This document shows, one piece after another, positions 36,778-50,489 of a DNA stretch of 64,000 nucleotides. Both the position numbers and the translations under genes were made by a program. Source of the stretch: Squalus acanthias (taxonomy: Eukaryota); assembly GCA_030390025.1 (NCBI GenBank), contig CM059432.1, forward strand, positions 97,962,001 to 98,026,000. The letters run 5' to 3'. The notes beneath the pieces are model-generated. The model saw only the letters and a list, made by a program, of their open reading frames with translations. It did no database searches and was not told the origin of the DNA. Numbering within the stretch: position 1 is the first letter of the stretch; each line of letters starts with the position of its first letter.

Positions 36778-36938
36778 GTCTAGGTTTGGATCGGTCATGG
36801 CCCTGTGGGTAGTGGAGCGGGCCCAGGGACCGTGTAGCCTGATTCTGCTCCTATTTTGTGTGTGCAATTCTGTTAGATGCAGGAGATGGTTCTGTGATAG
36901 TAGATAGTAGATTGGCGGTTAGGATCAGATCAGCCATG

Positions 36939-37834
36939 GGGGTAAAAATTCACTTGGTTGCGCCTCCCGTTAGCGCCTTAAGAGGGCGCTAATGGGGCGC
37001 AAAGCCGCTAACGCCCGGGCGCAGCGATGTTTGCGCCGCTCGAGAACTTAACTTGAGATTGTGCGGCGGCGCTAAAACTTACCGCTGCGACCACCTGCGC
37101 GCGCAGATTGTGACGTCATTCCATGGTGCAACGCCCTTGTGTCGCCCCGTAGCGGAAATTGAGTGGCGCCCCCTGCCTTACCGCCTGGCGCTTCCAACGA
37201 CCAGAAGACTGGAACGCTATCAATCGCTGTGGGGCTGGGGGGGGGGGCGCTATTTTAAGGGGGCCTCTTCCTGTCTTTTATTGTTGGTGGCATTTTTGAA
37301 CTACGCATTCTGAGAGAGAGAGGGAGAGACTTCTGGAGAGATTCAACGTTGTGTGAAGGAGTTTTGGGTACTGAGCAGCACTTTGCAGGTTCATTTTGAT
37401 TTGCCATTCCTTGTATCGATTTAGCAGAGACTGTGGGAGCTGCACTCTGAGCTCTTTGCCTGGTACTCTCCATTGTTCTTTCCAGCACATTTGATGTGCA
37501 AGTCTCTCCAGGCCAAGATTCAAGGCTGCAATGAACAGGATGTGGATGGAAAGCAAGATTAACCATCCCCTTTAAGAACTGGCCCGTGCCATTGTGTGTG
37601 TGTTCCATTGCTGACTGACATTACATGAGCTTCGCCAGCGCTCCGAGTTAGCGCCTCACTGCTCGGCCTTTGCGCCTTAAGAGAGGTGTGCAGCGCCTGC
37701 TTTAGCGCTCCACTCACCTCCCGGGGCGGTAAAAGTGAAGTTTCCTGTCAGTGCCGATAATTAGCGCCAGGCGCTAATATTTGCGTCCGGACGATATTTG
37801 CGCCCCAAATGGGGCGCGACCTAATTTCTACCCC
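36939..37834. mobile_element. GC-rich Harbinger-type MITE inserted in a CR1 3' UTR
   Basis: TIR GGGGTAAAAATT / AATTTCTACCCC; 3-bp TSD ATG. The flanks rejoin as CAGCCATGATCTT. Confidence 0.85.
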
Positions 37835-37915
37835 ATGATCTTATTGAATGGCGGAGCAGGCTCGAGGGGCCGATTGGCCTACTCCTGCTCCTATTTCTTA
37901 TGTTCTTATGTTCTT

Positions 37916-38442
37916 ATTCCCGCCTACTCCCGATAACCTTTCACCCCCTTGCTTATCAAGAATCTATCTACCTCTGCCTTAAAAATATTCAAAGACTCTG
38001 CTTCTACCGCCCTCTGAGGAAGAGAGTTCCAAAGACTCACGACCCTCTGTGAGAAAAAATTTCTCCTCATCTCTGTCTTAAATGGGTGACCCCTTATTTT
38101 TAAACAGTGACCCCTAGTCCTAGATTCTCCCACAAGAGGACACATCCTCTCCACATCCACCCTGTCAAGACCCCTCAGGATCTTATATGTTTCAATCAAG
38201 TCACCTCTTACTCTTCTAAACTCCAGTGGATACAAGCCTAGCCTGTCCAACCTTTCCTCATAAGACAACCCGCCCATCCCAGGTATTAGTCTAGTAAACT
38301 TTCTCTGAACTGCTTCCAACGCATTTACATCCTTCCTTAAATAAGGAGACCAATACTGTACACAGTACTCCAGATGTGGTCTCACCAATGCCCTGTATAA
38401 CTGAAGCATAACCTCCCTACTTTTGTATTCAATTCCCCTCAC
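37916..38442 (-). mobile_element. CR1 ORF2 3' fragment
   Basis: ORF 37924-38442 GIEYKSREVMLQLYRALVRPHLEYC... Confidence 0.9.
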
Positions 38443-39659
38443 AAGGGACTTTTAATTAAATTTGAAAATCAGAACATTTATAATTATTTGAATTCTCTAA
38501 ATTGTTTAATTATTTGAGGATCCCATTGCATGCCATTAGGGGATTCTGCTCGGAAATGACTGCAATTAAATCCTCCTGTGTGATTGGAAAACCTGGCCCA
38601 CATGATCCCAGGGACGCTTCCGAACCACCTGCGTCCCTGGGACCGTGGACCTTTATTCAGGCGTATGCCTGGAGGCCCGAGACCTGAACTCTTCGCAGCC
38701 TGGGAGCCTGGAAACCTGGAGGTAAGTTCGGAAATATTTTGCAGGTCAGAGGCATACTCCGGAATTTCAGGGCCAACATCATTTGTTACGCAGTAGCACT
38801 TCTTGATTTGATGCTTTAAAATGTTGACTTGGTCACATGCATGCCAAATTCAAGTCATGAATTTAGACTTCTGGCTGAAAGAGAAGTCTTTGGTGTTAGC
38901 TTTCACCCAATCAGAGGTTAATTATTTCAGTAGGTCCCACCTCCAACATGATTGACCTGCTCCACATATTTGCAACCAGAATACACAGACTTCTCCAATT
39001 TCACCACTCCTCTCTTCTGCAGAAGCCTGAATGAGTACATCGCACTCCTGTCCTTATTCTGTAAATTTACCACTACACTAATCTACTCCTTCTTTATACT
39101 GCTTCATTTTGATTAGATTTTTATTTCACCCCTTTTGCCTTCCTTCCTTTGCTACAAAAAATCGTGAACACCACAGCTAGATTCTGATAATAAGTGACTC
39201 CTCTCATCAGTACAGGCATCAGCCGTGAAAATGAGATATTGCCAAGCTTGTGATTTTCTCCTATCTCGGAACATCTTGAATAAGGAGGTATTACTGGGGC
39301 TTGGAGAACGGGCATTTTGTCAGGAATATCAATCTGCCATCCAATGTTCACTTATTTTTAATTTCTCTGTTAGATGCTTCCAGAGACAGAGACTTATCTG
39401 TGCCACCACTGAAAAATGCAACTCGTTGGGTCACTACAACCATGATTGCAGTTTGAAATTCTGCCCTCTGTACAATAGGACGACTGCCAAACATAGGATC
39501 ATCATTTTTTTTAATTAGATGTTTATTGCAATTTTTGTTTACAATTAAATGGAACATTTACACCATGGCAAAATTACCAGCTACGACACCAAGTTTGAAA
39601 GAGAATGGCTGTAAGAGTGTGTAGATTTAACTGAATATGAAAGCCATGGGAACATTCAA

Positions 39660-40285
39660 ACATTTGAACAGGAATAGGCCATTTAGACCCTCGAGCCTGC
39701 TCCGCCATTCAATGAGATCATGGCTGATCTGCGACCTAACTCCACATACCCGCCTTTGCCTCATATCTCTTGATACCTTTGGTTAACAAAAATCTTTCAA
39801 TCTCAGATATAACATTAACAATTGACCAAGCATCAATTGCCATTTGCGGAAGAGAGTTCCAAACTTCTACCACCCTTTGCGTGTAAAAGTGTTTCCCAAT
39901 TTCACTCCTGAAATCTATGACCCCTGGTTCGAGACGCCCCAGCCGATGGAAATAGTTTCTCTCTATCTACCCATTAGTTCCCCTCAATATCTTGAACATT
40001 TTGATCAAATCACCCCTTAACCTTCTAAATTACAGAAAATAAAATCCTAGTTTGTGTAATCTCTCTCCTCATAATTTAACCCTTGGAGTTCAGGTATCAT
40101 TCTGGTAAACCTACGCTGCACTCCCTCCAAGGCCAATATATCCTTCCTAAGGTGTGGTGCCCAGAACTGCTCACAGTACTTCAGGTGTGGTCTAACCAGG
40201 GCTTTGTATAGCTGCAGCATAACATCTACCCCCTTGTACTCTAGTCCTCTAGATATAAAAGCCAGCATTCCATTAGCCTTAGCCA
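39660..40285 (-). mobile_element. CR1 3' fragment
   Basis: ORF 40047-40295 and a CR1 3' UTR. Confidence 0.85.
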
Positions 40286-40309
40286 ATAACTTCACTTAAA
40301 ATGTTCAAA

Positions 40310-41228
40310 GGGGGGAATTTCAACCCCAAAAAACTGGTGGGTTGGAGTCAGATGGGAGGTTAAAGTGTTAAAAAGCTGAATCCCGACCCCAACCCGCCTC
40401 CAACCCGACCGTTTTTAATGGAGGCGGGATGGGGAGTGGGCAGCCAACCCGCTCCCAGGAGGCAGGTCGCCCATTTAAATATTATAATGAGGCTGGTGTG
40501 CCTCAGATTTAACCAGCATTTCAAATTTAACTCTGGCTGGTCGGGTTTCTCAGGCCTTGGGGAACCAGCCAGCTAAAGTAAGGAGAGGACTGCTGGATCC
40601 AGGTGGTAAGTGTCTTTACACTTACCTCCTGCATCCAGCATCCCTGCCTCACCCACCCAAACCCCCACGAGACTTCCGATCCCTCCCCATGAGGCCTCTA
40701 AATCTCTCCCCCCACCAACGAGGCCTCCGATTCCCCCCCACGAGGCCTCCAATCCCCCCGAAGAGGCCTCCAACCTCCCCCACAAGGCCTCTGATCTCCC
40801 CCACAAGGCCTCCGATCGCCTTCACAGACTCGCCGCTCCAGCCTTATGCTCCTCCAGCCCCAATCGTTCCACCTCCCGATGTTTCAGTCCCAATCCTCCC
40901 AACCGATGCTCCGGCCCGATGCTTTCACACACCTCCCAATGCTCCGGACCCAATCCTACCCCCTGCGATGCTCCTCCAGCCCCTGACCAACCTCCGTTCC
41001 TCAACTGATCCCTCCCTCCTCTCTGGGGCCCAGTGCCACAAGCCTACCCGCCCGCAGCCAGCCAGCCTCTCCATCTTGCTGGGTGTGGGTGGGAAACAGA
41101 GCTTTAAAATGCAAATCAGGCCCTGCCATTAAATTTGGCAGGGCCTGCGGAAAACCCATTCTCCCGAACTTCCTGGCTGCTTTCTAACCTCACCGCTCCC
41201 AATCCGCCTCCATATAAACATTCCGGCC
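40310..41228. mobile_element. Harbinger-type non-autonomous element with internal degenerate ~20-bp tandem repeats (40660-40820)
   Basis: GGGGGAATTT start and ATTCCGGCC end; subterminal CCCGCC/GGCGGG motifs shared with the other Harbingers; repeats of CCCCACGAGGCCTCCGAT. Confidence 0.5.
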
Positions 41229-41304
41229 AAAATGTTTCATTTTATTTACATCAGTAAACACGTCCTATTTCTTTGCTTAGGTGTGCAGTGTTTATTTTTA
41301 TTAA

Positions 41305-43595
41305 TTCCTGCGATGTGGGTGTCGCTGGCAAGACCAGCGTTTATTGCCCATCCATAATTGCCCTTGAGAAGGTGGTGGTGAGCTGCCTTCTTGAACCACT
41401 GCAGTCTGTGTGCTGAAGGTACTCCCACAGTGCTGTTAGGGAGGGAGTTCCAGGATTTTGACCCAGAAACGATGAAGGATCGGCGATATATTTCAAAGTC
41501 AGGATGGTGTGTGACTTGGAGGGGAACTTGGAGGTGATGGTGTTCCTATGCGCCTGCTGACCTTGTCCTTCTAAGTGGTAGAAGTCGCGGGTTTGGGAGG
41601 TGCTGTCGAAGAAGCCTTGGCGAGTTGCTGCAGTACTTCTTGTAGATGGTACATACTACAGCCATGGTACGCCGATGGTAGAGGGAGTGAATATTTAAGG
41701 TGGTGGATGGGGTGCCAATCATGCGGGCTGCTTTTTTCTGGATGGTGTTGAGTTTCTTGAGTTGTTGGAGCTGCACTCATCCAGGCAAGTGGAGAATATT
41801 CCATCACATTCCTGACTTGTGCCTTGTAGATGGCGGAAAGACTTTGGGGAGTCAGGAGGTGAAACATTAGCCACAGACTACCCAGCCTCTGACTTGCTCT
41901 TGTAGCCACAGTATTTATGTTGTTGGTCCAGTTAAGTTTCTGGTCAATGGTGACCCCCAGGATGTTGATGGTGGGTGATTCAGTGATGGTAATGGCATTG
42001 AATGTCATGGGGCAGTGGTGTTAAAACTTAGGGGTACCTAAAATGTATATGGTTATGCAAATGAAATCATGACATGAATAATACTGTGCTTAAATGATTG
42101 TATTAGAGCTCGAGACAAGTAAGGGGTTAATGTATAAGTTGTGTTTTACTGGAACTGCTTAAGTTATGTTTTCCTGGAAACTTGTATTAAAGCTTGAGAT
42201 AAAGTGTCTTCAGACTAGTATTAGATTAGATAGATAGCTGCTTAAAATTTGCCTATGTTTTCAGTTCCCTGCAGATGTGATAACATTCTGCACCGTGGCA
42301 GTCACATATGACCTTGCCTCCCAGACTAGCTGACTGCTGTTTGTAAGTTAGGATTTTGACTTTGTTTAATGTATCTTTAATTTAGCCAACAAAGGCCCAA
42401 CCTACATTTCTTCCATTATTGCTAATAACCATGTTATAATGCTAAGTTAGGATTTGGAATTTGTTTAACAGAACTGCTTGCAAAGATGTGTAGAAGTTAA
42501 TTAGTATAAAGGACATAGAACAGAAGGAATTTATGGGAGTTCCTGTATCATCTCAGGATGGAATAGTCTGTTAGATTAAGGGGAAATAGTTTGGATAGTG
42601 GCTGGTTGAGTAGACAGCTCTAGCATGGGCTTCTGATTAAAAGGCCCAAGGTTGTGCCTGATACATGCACTAGCTGCACCAAGGAGGACAAGGACGGATG
42701 AGATAAAAATAATTCAGATGGATTGGCTTTCAAAATGTATAAACAAGAATGACATGTGAGGAAAAGCATAAGACCCCTTGAGGAAGATTTTCATCTGTAA
42801 GTTTAGACAAAGAACTCAACATGCCATTAGGCACCTTGTTTTAAGGGGAATCTCTATAGGTTAGATGGTCTTGTCAATATTCTACCCCAGGCTCACCCCT
42901 AAAAAGAGAATAAAAGAAAGATCTGAAAAGCCCCTCGCACAGATGGTGAAGAAAGAATTCCTGAGAGTGGAATTAATGCTGTCTTCAGTCTAACACTCTT
43001 GGGTAGTTCAGGAAGAGAGAGGAAGAAGAAGAAGAGCTGTTCGTGCACGCCAGCTGTTCTGTCCAGTCGGGGCCGGTACCAGCTATTTGTCACGGTCGTA
43101 TGTTTTTGCTGTATAACTAGTATATTATATCCGTCTGTAACTCTGATTAAACACAACATACCCACCATATTGTTTTGCACTCGATCCTGATTATTGGAAA
43201 GACCAGAGATAATCTAATCTCAACAGTGGTGAGACTCTCGCTTGTTGGAGATAGTCATTGCCTGGCACTTGTGTGGCAAGAATGTTACTTGCCACTTCTC
43301 AGCACAAGCCTGAATGTCATCCAGGTTTTGCTGCATGCGGGCATGGACTGCTTCATCATCTTAGGAGTTAGGAATGGAACTGAACGCTGTGCAATCATCA
43401 GCAACATCCCCACGTCTAACCTTATGATGGAGGGAAGGCCATTGATGAAGCAGCTGAAGATGATTGGGCCTAGGTCACTGCCCTGAGGAACTCATGCAGC
43501 GATGTCCTGATGCTGTTATGATTGGCCGCCAACAACCACAACCATCTTCCTTTGTGCTAGGTATGACTCCAGCCAATGAAGAGTTTTCCCCCCCA
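41305..43595 (-). mobile_element. CR1/L2-group LINE 3' portion, interrupted by a solo LTR
   Basis: Same family as 13390-15179. The pieces 41305-42018 and 43226-43595 rejoin. Confidence 0.85.
42019..43225. mobile_element. Solo LTR (~1.2 kb)
   Basis: TGTT...AACA termini and 4-bp TSD GTGG (42015-42018 and 43226-43229). It splits a LINE cleanly. Confidence 0.85.
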
Positions 43596-43596
43596 A

Positions 43597-46345
43597 TTTT
43601 TTTTTTTTTTTTTTTTTATGGGATGTGGGCGTCGCTGGCAAGGCCAGCATTTATTGCCCATCCCTAATTGCCCTTGAGAAGGTGGTGGTGAGCCGCCTTT
43701 TTGAACCGCTGCAATCCGTGTGGTGAAGTTATTCCCACAGTGCTGTTAGGTAGGGAGTTCAAGGATTTTGACCCAGCGACGATGAAGGATCGGCGATATA
43801 CTTCTAAGTCAGGATGATGTGTGACTTGGAGGGGAAATTGGAGGTAGTGGTATTCCCATGCGCCTGCTGCCCTTGTCCTTCTAGGTGGAAGAGGTTGCGG
43901 GTTTGGGAGGTGCTGCCGAAGAAGCCTTGGTAAGTTGCTGCAGTGCATCTTGTAGATGGAACACACACTGCATCCACGATATGCCGTGGAGGGAGTAAAT
44001 GTTTAAGGTGGTAGAGGGGGTGCCAATCAAGCGGGTTGCTTTGTCCTGGATGGTGCCAAGCTTCTTGAGTGTTGTTGGAGCTGTACTCATCCAGGCAAGT
44101 GAAGATTATTCCATCACACTCCTTACTTGTGCCTTGTAGATGGTAGAAAGGCTTTCGGGAGTCAGGAGGTGAGACACTTGCCGCAGAATACCTAGCCTCT
44201 GACCTGCTCTTGTTGCCACAGTATTTATGTGGCTGGTCCAGTTAAGTTTCTGGTCAATGGTGACCCCCAGGATGTTGATGGTGGGGGATTCAGTGATGGT
44301 AATCCCATTGAATGTCAAGGGGCGGTGTTTAGACTCTCTTTTGTTGGGGATAGTCATTGCCTGTCACTTCTGTGGCGCGAATGTTACCTGCCACTTATCA
44401 GCCCAAGCCTGAACATCGTCCAGGCCTTGTTGCATGCGGGCATGGACTGCTTCATTATCTGAGGAGTTGTGAATTGCACTGAACATTGTGTAGTCATCAG
44501 CGAACATCCCCATTTCTGACCTTATGTTGGAGGGCAAGTCATTGACTTCAGTATTACTAGGGCTCCTTGATGCCACACTCGATCAAAAGCTGCCTTGATA
44601 TCAAGGGCAGTCACTCTCACCTCACCTCTGGAATTCAGCTCTTTTTCCATATTTGGACCAAGGCTCTAATGAGGTCTGGAGCTGAGTGATCCTGGCAGAA
44701 CCCAAACTGAGCATCAGTGAGCAGGTTGTTGGTGAGTAAGTGGCACTTGATAGCACTGTCAACGACACCTTCCATCACTTTGCTGATGATTGAGAGTAGA
44801 CTGATTGGGTGGTAATTGGCCGGATTGGATTTGTCCTGCTTTTTGTGGACAGGACATAAATGGGCAATTTTCCACATTGTCGGGCAGATGCCAGTGTTGC
44901 TGCTGTACTGGAACAGCATGGCTAGTTCTGGAGCACAAGTCTTCAGCACGACAGCTGGGATGTTGTCGGGGCCCGTAGTCTTTGCTGTATCCATTGCACT
45001 CAGCCATTTCTTGATATCATGGGGAGTGAATCGAATTGGCTGAAGACTGGCTTCTGTGATGGTGGGGACCTCAGGAGTAGGCCGATATGGATCATCCACT
45101 CAGCACTTCTGGCTAAAGATGGTTGCAAATGCTTCAGCGTTGTCTTTTGCACTCCAGGCCATGAGGTTACAGATTGTGGTGGAATACAATTCTGCTGCTG
45201 CTGATGGCCCACAGCGCCTCATGGATGCCCAGTTTTGAGCTGCTAGATCTGTTCTGAATCTATCCCATTTAGCACGGTGGTAGTGCCACACAACACGATG
45301 GAGGGTGTCCTCAGTGTGAAGGCAGGACTTCATCTCCACAAGGACTGTGTGGTGGTCAATGCTACCAATACTGTCATGGACAGATGTATTTGTGACAGGT
45401 AGATTGGTGAGGACGAGGTCAAGTAGGTTTTTCCCTCGTGTTGGTTCTCTCACCAACTGCTGCAGGCCAGTCTGGCAGTTGTGTCCTCCAGGACTCGGCC
45501 AGCTCGGTCAGTAGTGGTGCTACCAAGCCACTTTTGGTGATGGACATTGAAGTCCCCCACCCAGAGTACATTCTGTGCCCTTGCTACCCTCAGTGCTTCT
45601 TCCAAGTGGTGTTCAACATGGAGGAGTACTGATTCATCAGCTGAGGGAGGGCGGTAGTTGATAATCAGCAGGAGGTTTCCTTGCCCAAGCTTGACCTGAA
45701 GCCATGCGACTTGTTGGGGGCCAGACTCAATGTTGAGAACTCCCAGGCTACTCCCTCCCAACTGTATACCACTGTGCCGCCTCCTCTGGTGGGTCTGTCC
45801 TGCTGGTGGGACAGGACATACCCAGGGATGGTGATGGAGGTGTCTGGGATGTTGGCTGAAAGGTATGATTCTGTGAGTATGACTATGTCAGGCTGTTGCT
45901 TGACTAGTCTGTGGGACAACTCTCCCAATTTTGACACACGTCCCCAGATGTTAGTGAGGAGGACTTTGCAGGGTCGACTGGGCTGGGTGTGCTGTTGTCG
46001 TGTCCGAAGCTGGTGCCGAGGTCGATGCCGGGTGGTCCCTCCGGTTTTATTCTTATTATTGTTTTCTGTAGCGGTTTCGTAGAACTGAGTGGCTTGCTAG
46101 ACCATTTCAGATGGCAGTCAACCACATTGCTGTGGGTCTGGAGTCACATTTAGGCCAGACCAGGTAAGGACAGCAGATTTCCTTCCCTGAAGGACCTTAG
46201 TGAGCCAGATGGGTTTTTACGACAATCCGATAGTTTCATGGTTACCATTACTGATACTAGATTTTTATTCCAGATTTATTTAATTAACTGAATTTAAATT
46301 CCCCAGCTGCCGTGGTGGGATTTGATCTCATGTCTCTGGATCATT
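43597..46345 (-). mobile_element. Near full-length, internally deleted CR1/L2-group LINE; APE-RT with no ORF1 and a tRNA-like 5' head
   Basis: PolyA tail (T-run 43597-43618); RT motifs; APE start LTNIWG..PDIVILTESYL..VGDFN; B-box-like GAGATCAAATCCC at 46317-46329 (minus). Confidence 0.8.
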
Positions 46346-46444
46346 AGTTGCACATTTGTATTTTATATTGTAGAAAATAGCTTGCTATAAAATTCAACAA
46401 TTAATAGGTATCCTCCCACCTTGTCTATCTAACTGAAACATAGT

Positions 46445-49035
46445 GGGCTGAATTTTTACCTTTCCATCGAGTTGGGTGCGGAAGGTCCGTGGAGCAGGTC
46501 AGTAGCCCAGACATTCTATCAGCGCGTTGTGCAGTGGTTTTTTAACAAAGCCACTCCAATTGAATCAGTCATGCAGGTTTGCCGGCCAATTCACTGGAGC
46601 GGGTCTGATGACGTCACGGATGACTCGACTTCAGCTCAGCTATTTAAAGCAGCAACGCACAGATGACAGTTGAAGGTTGGTGGAGGTGCAGAAGAGGTTG
46701 GTGGGGTGACAATGGATTGTTGTCAGACTTAGCTTGTTGTTGAATACAAAGTTAGAAAGATTGTTAAGCAAAATTGCAGGCTCAGCATCAAAAAGCTGCC
46801 CCCAGGTTTAGTGATGCCTCCCTGGAAATCCTGCTCCAAGGAGTCAGGGCCCACAGGCAGGTCCTCTTCCCTGGAGATGGGAGGAAGAGACCAGCGGCTG
46901 AGACAAAGACAGCATGGCTGGAGCTCATGGAAGTAGTGAGCAGCAGAAGTGTGGTTACCTGGTCCTAGATACAGTGCAGGAAGAGATTTAATGACCTCAT
47001 GAGGTCAGAAAAGGTGAGTATAATTCAACTACATCCTGATGTGAATGTCACCCCAATCCTAACTCTGCCTTCCCAAGCCTACTCCTGCACATCACTCCTC
47101 ACACCAGCCTACGTTGAAGGTGCACCCATCCCTCTTTGTCTATGCAACTACTCACATCCCCATCAGACTATCCACCACTGACACTCACCCTCATCCTAAT
47201 GCAGTCATAGAATCATAGGAAATAACGCCACAGAAGGAGGCCATTCAGCCTTGTCACACCACTCCCTCATAGTCACCCTCTACAGATGTAGCCCATCCAT
47301 CCCTTACTCTCATTCCATAACTCTCATTCAAAGGTCTCTTGTTTCCCTCCTTGCAGGAGAAGAGAGCACAGAACATCAGGGAGAGGCAGAGAACTGGAGG
47401 TGGCCATCCAGTTACCAGAACATTTACTGCAGCAGAGGAGGAGGCACTGGACATCAGTGGAGTTACGGAGCTGTTGATGGTGGGAGATGGAGAGAGAGGG
47501 GGCCTTCTCAGCTACAGACAGTATTAAATATCATACAGCCACATGGCATACAATAGTCACTCATGGTGACTTGATGTCAGCAGCCAGTGAAATATGATCA
47601 TGTGCATAATGGTAATTTAAAACATTGTTATCATAACAGTTCTAATTCATGTCTTTACTCTCCCACAGGCCAATCAAATCCCCCCCCTTCCCAACTGTCC
47701 AGCCGGAGGAGGAAGGTGACGCCTCAGAGGAGGGCGCAGTCTCTGAGGACGCACTGTCACCAGACCCATGCACACCCAGCACCAGCGCAGATACGCACAC
47801 ATCAGTGGGTCCAGGGAGAGAGAGAGTGGTGTTGTCACCTGGTGTCTTACAGGTCACAAGTGAGCAAAAGCAGATGGTGGAGACAGGGACAGCAGTGGAG
47901 TGTCCTCGCCAGAGGACGCAGGACGCTCTAAGCAGTGCTCAGCTGGACGCAGATACTGAATTTCGGGGGCCATCGACAAAGAGGATGATTCTTGAGGAGG
48001 AGCAACAAATGTGGGAAGCTCTGGCAGCTTTTCCAGCCGCGATATGCTCGATTGTAGGGAGAATGGAGGAGTCCATCTCCAATGTGTTGCAGGCGATGGC
48101 GACGATGTGCTCTTCCATGGAAAGGGTGGCCACCTGCATGGAGCATCAAATGCGCCAGTCAAACGAGTGCATGCTTGCTGTGAACAACAGCTTGCAGAGT
48201 CTGATTGCAGCCATATCTAGGAGGGATAGAAACCTAGAGTTGGCCGTTCATCACCCCACTGATGTGCAGTAAGGTGCTCTCCAACTCCTTGCTAGCAGGG
48301 AAGTTCGGGTGGGATGATGGTGAGAGGTGACATGGAAGTGGGGGCTCTGTTTAAAGCATTTCCACTTCTCCCCTGTTGCCTCCCCCTCAGTCAGAGCCCC
48401 ACATGCTGCCTCGGATCCCGATGGCCATGTCTGGAGGTGCAGGAGGAGCAGTCTTTGGCGGGACCCTCACAGGCTCTAAAACCCAGAGGACGTCTGCCAA
48501 AAGTGTCTAAGCAGTCAGAGCAGGAAATTGAGCAGCCTGCCTCCACCTCTGCTGAAACAACAGGAGGTGTGTGTCATAGAAGTATTAGAAAAAGAAAAAT
48601 GACACAATTGCAGATGCACAAGGGTGTGTTCCAAAATGTTAGAGGGTTAAGTTTCAGTTCAATTTATTAGCCACGTAAATGTATTTCTTTGCACGACTTC
48701 CCATCTTGTCCATTTTTGCCTGCTACCTGGGAAGGGGCCTTGTCAGTTGCAGTGAATGGTATGACATTACTTAACCTTGAGCAATGGGTGTGTGTGTGAC
48801 AGGAATGGTATGGTCATTTTAGGTCTGCTTTGTGGTGTTGGTGGGGCAGGGGGGTGGGGTAGGGGGGAAGTTGGTTCAGCATCTGGGTGCCATATGGGTG
48901 CACTGGTGCAACTTAACTAAATTGTGCCTTTATGAGGCCATTCTGAGCCTCCCGGGCAGCAATGTGCCCTGCTACTGGTTCCATCTCCACCTCAGGTTCC
49001 TCCTCCTCCTCTGCCTCGTGTTCCACCAGTTAACG
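46445..49035 (+). mobile_element. Degenerate Harbinger element with a Myb/SANT gene remnant (46774-48600)
   Basis: GGGCTGAATTTT terminus; APRFSDASLEILLQGV..VLFP..W..QCRKRFNDL; exon pattern as at 15801-17717. Confidence 0.75.
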
Positions 49036-50489
49036 GTAATTTCAAAATCCCATTGGTTTGGGCAGGGTCTCTAATTTCTGGAAACTTGGCAAGAAGGTGA
49101 CAATTTAAGTTGCATAAAGTTGCGGGGGGCTGAATTTCCTTGGAGATTTTTCACACTCCATTGCTGAAACTTTGGCGGATCTGTAACAGAAACTCCATTT
49201 ACATGTGTGAAGCGGGATTTCTGCTGCACTCCTGCAAAGTTCCAGCAGCGGAGCGGGAGCAGCACTGAGGAAATTCCTGACAATTATTTTGAGCAGTTAC
49301 GGAATTCCAAACACATTGGGCCGATTTTGGTTTGCTGTGGTAATTGGGCAAGCGGTGGGTATTGTGATTGCACTACCTGCCTGATTGCAGCAGCGAGAGG
49401 TCTGAATCTTGGTGGGCAAGGCTCATTAACGTGCCGCCGCTGAACTGCAAGTGCTAAACGGGCGTTCCAAGGCAGTACGTTAGTCAGAGATGGCGAGAAA
49501 TTGGCCAGCTCCTACGCCCAATAGTACAGGCCGGAGAATTTTTGTAGGGCCTGGTGGAACATTCCTGTTCCACAGAAATGAATAGCCTGCGATGGTCACT
49601 TTAAGCATTGCTAATTAGGCCACTCCATGCCAGGGATCAATGGGCAGGGCATGTACAGAATACAACCTACTCATTGGGACACAAAAAGCACATCAGTTTC
49701 CTACAACGGACATAGGAACCTAAGTTAAATATTTTAATAAAGCTCCCGCCTGTTTTTGGGCAGGAGTGCTAGATGTCCATTTTGGGACCAGCTCAAAAAT
49801 TGTGTTGGGCAGGCCTCAGATGGCCAGTAGGCGGGACATTTTTATTTAAATTTACATTTGCCGACCAACCTGGTTGCCAGAGAAAGTGGTAGACTTACAA
49901 GGATTGGTAACATTAAGTTGCTAAATGTGACCATGAATACAGACAATTGACTGGAATATACATCCTAATTGTTCAGTTGACATTTGACCTGAAATGTTGT
50001 CACTTTGTGAGATCCTTGAACCATAATAACTATTCGCTATGAAAATTAAAGCAGGAAAGAACCCTTAATAAATTAACAACGGTCTTAAAAAAAAACATCT
50101 GGTCATCTTACAGCCATTTCCTGATTATAAATTAAATTAATGAGAATATGCTGTAGGCAGCACTCTCCTTATCTGAGGTCCCATTGTGGGAATTCAACAG
50201 AGATAAATGAGATAACATTAGCATACCGCTATCTTTTTGTGTCATATTTAGGAATACACAGCAGTTCAAATGATTGCTGTTTCCAAGTAAATATCAAAGT
50301 GGTACTGTGCACGTTTTTAATGAGAACACAAATATCAAGTGTCATGGCTCTGATGTACTCTATTAATATGGGAGCATGTAATTTGCATGCTTCAGTGGGG
50401 AATTTTGAAACTTGTTTATTTCAGTATTAAAGTAAAGGAAGCTACACTCACAGGAGTAGCCTTTTACACATTTTTATAATTCTCTTGCC

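Larger units (their letters stand above)
32477..36870 (+). mobile_element. Near full-length CR1 LINE (GC-rich 5' UTR, ORF1, ORF2, 3' UTR)
   Basis: ORF1 has a zinc finger/coiled coil and an SGNH esterase; ORF2 has APE and RT. Each ORF has one frameshift. Confidence 0.93.

Noticed and set aside
36915..38442. Twin-priming inversion of a single CR1
   Set aside because: The plus-strand 3' UTR and the minus-strand ORF2 piece are nearly contiguous parts of CR1, but their order is opposite to that expected from twin priming and no TSD was found.
40660..40820. CRISPR-like short repeats
   Set aside because: Degenerate tandem minisatellite without unique spacers, in eukaryotic context with no cas genes.
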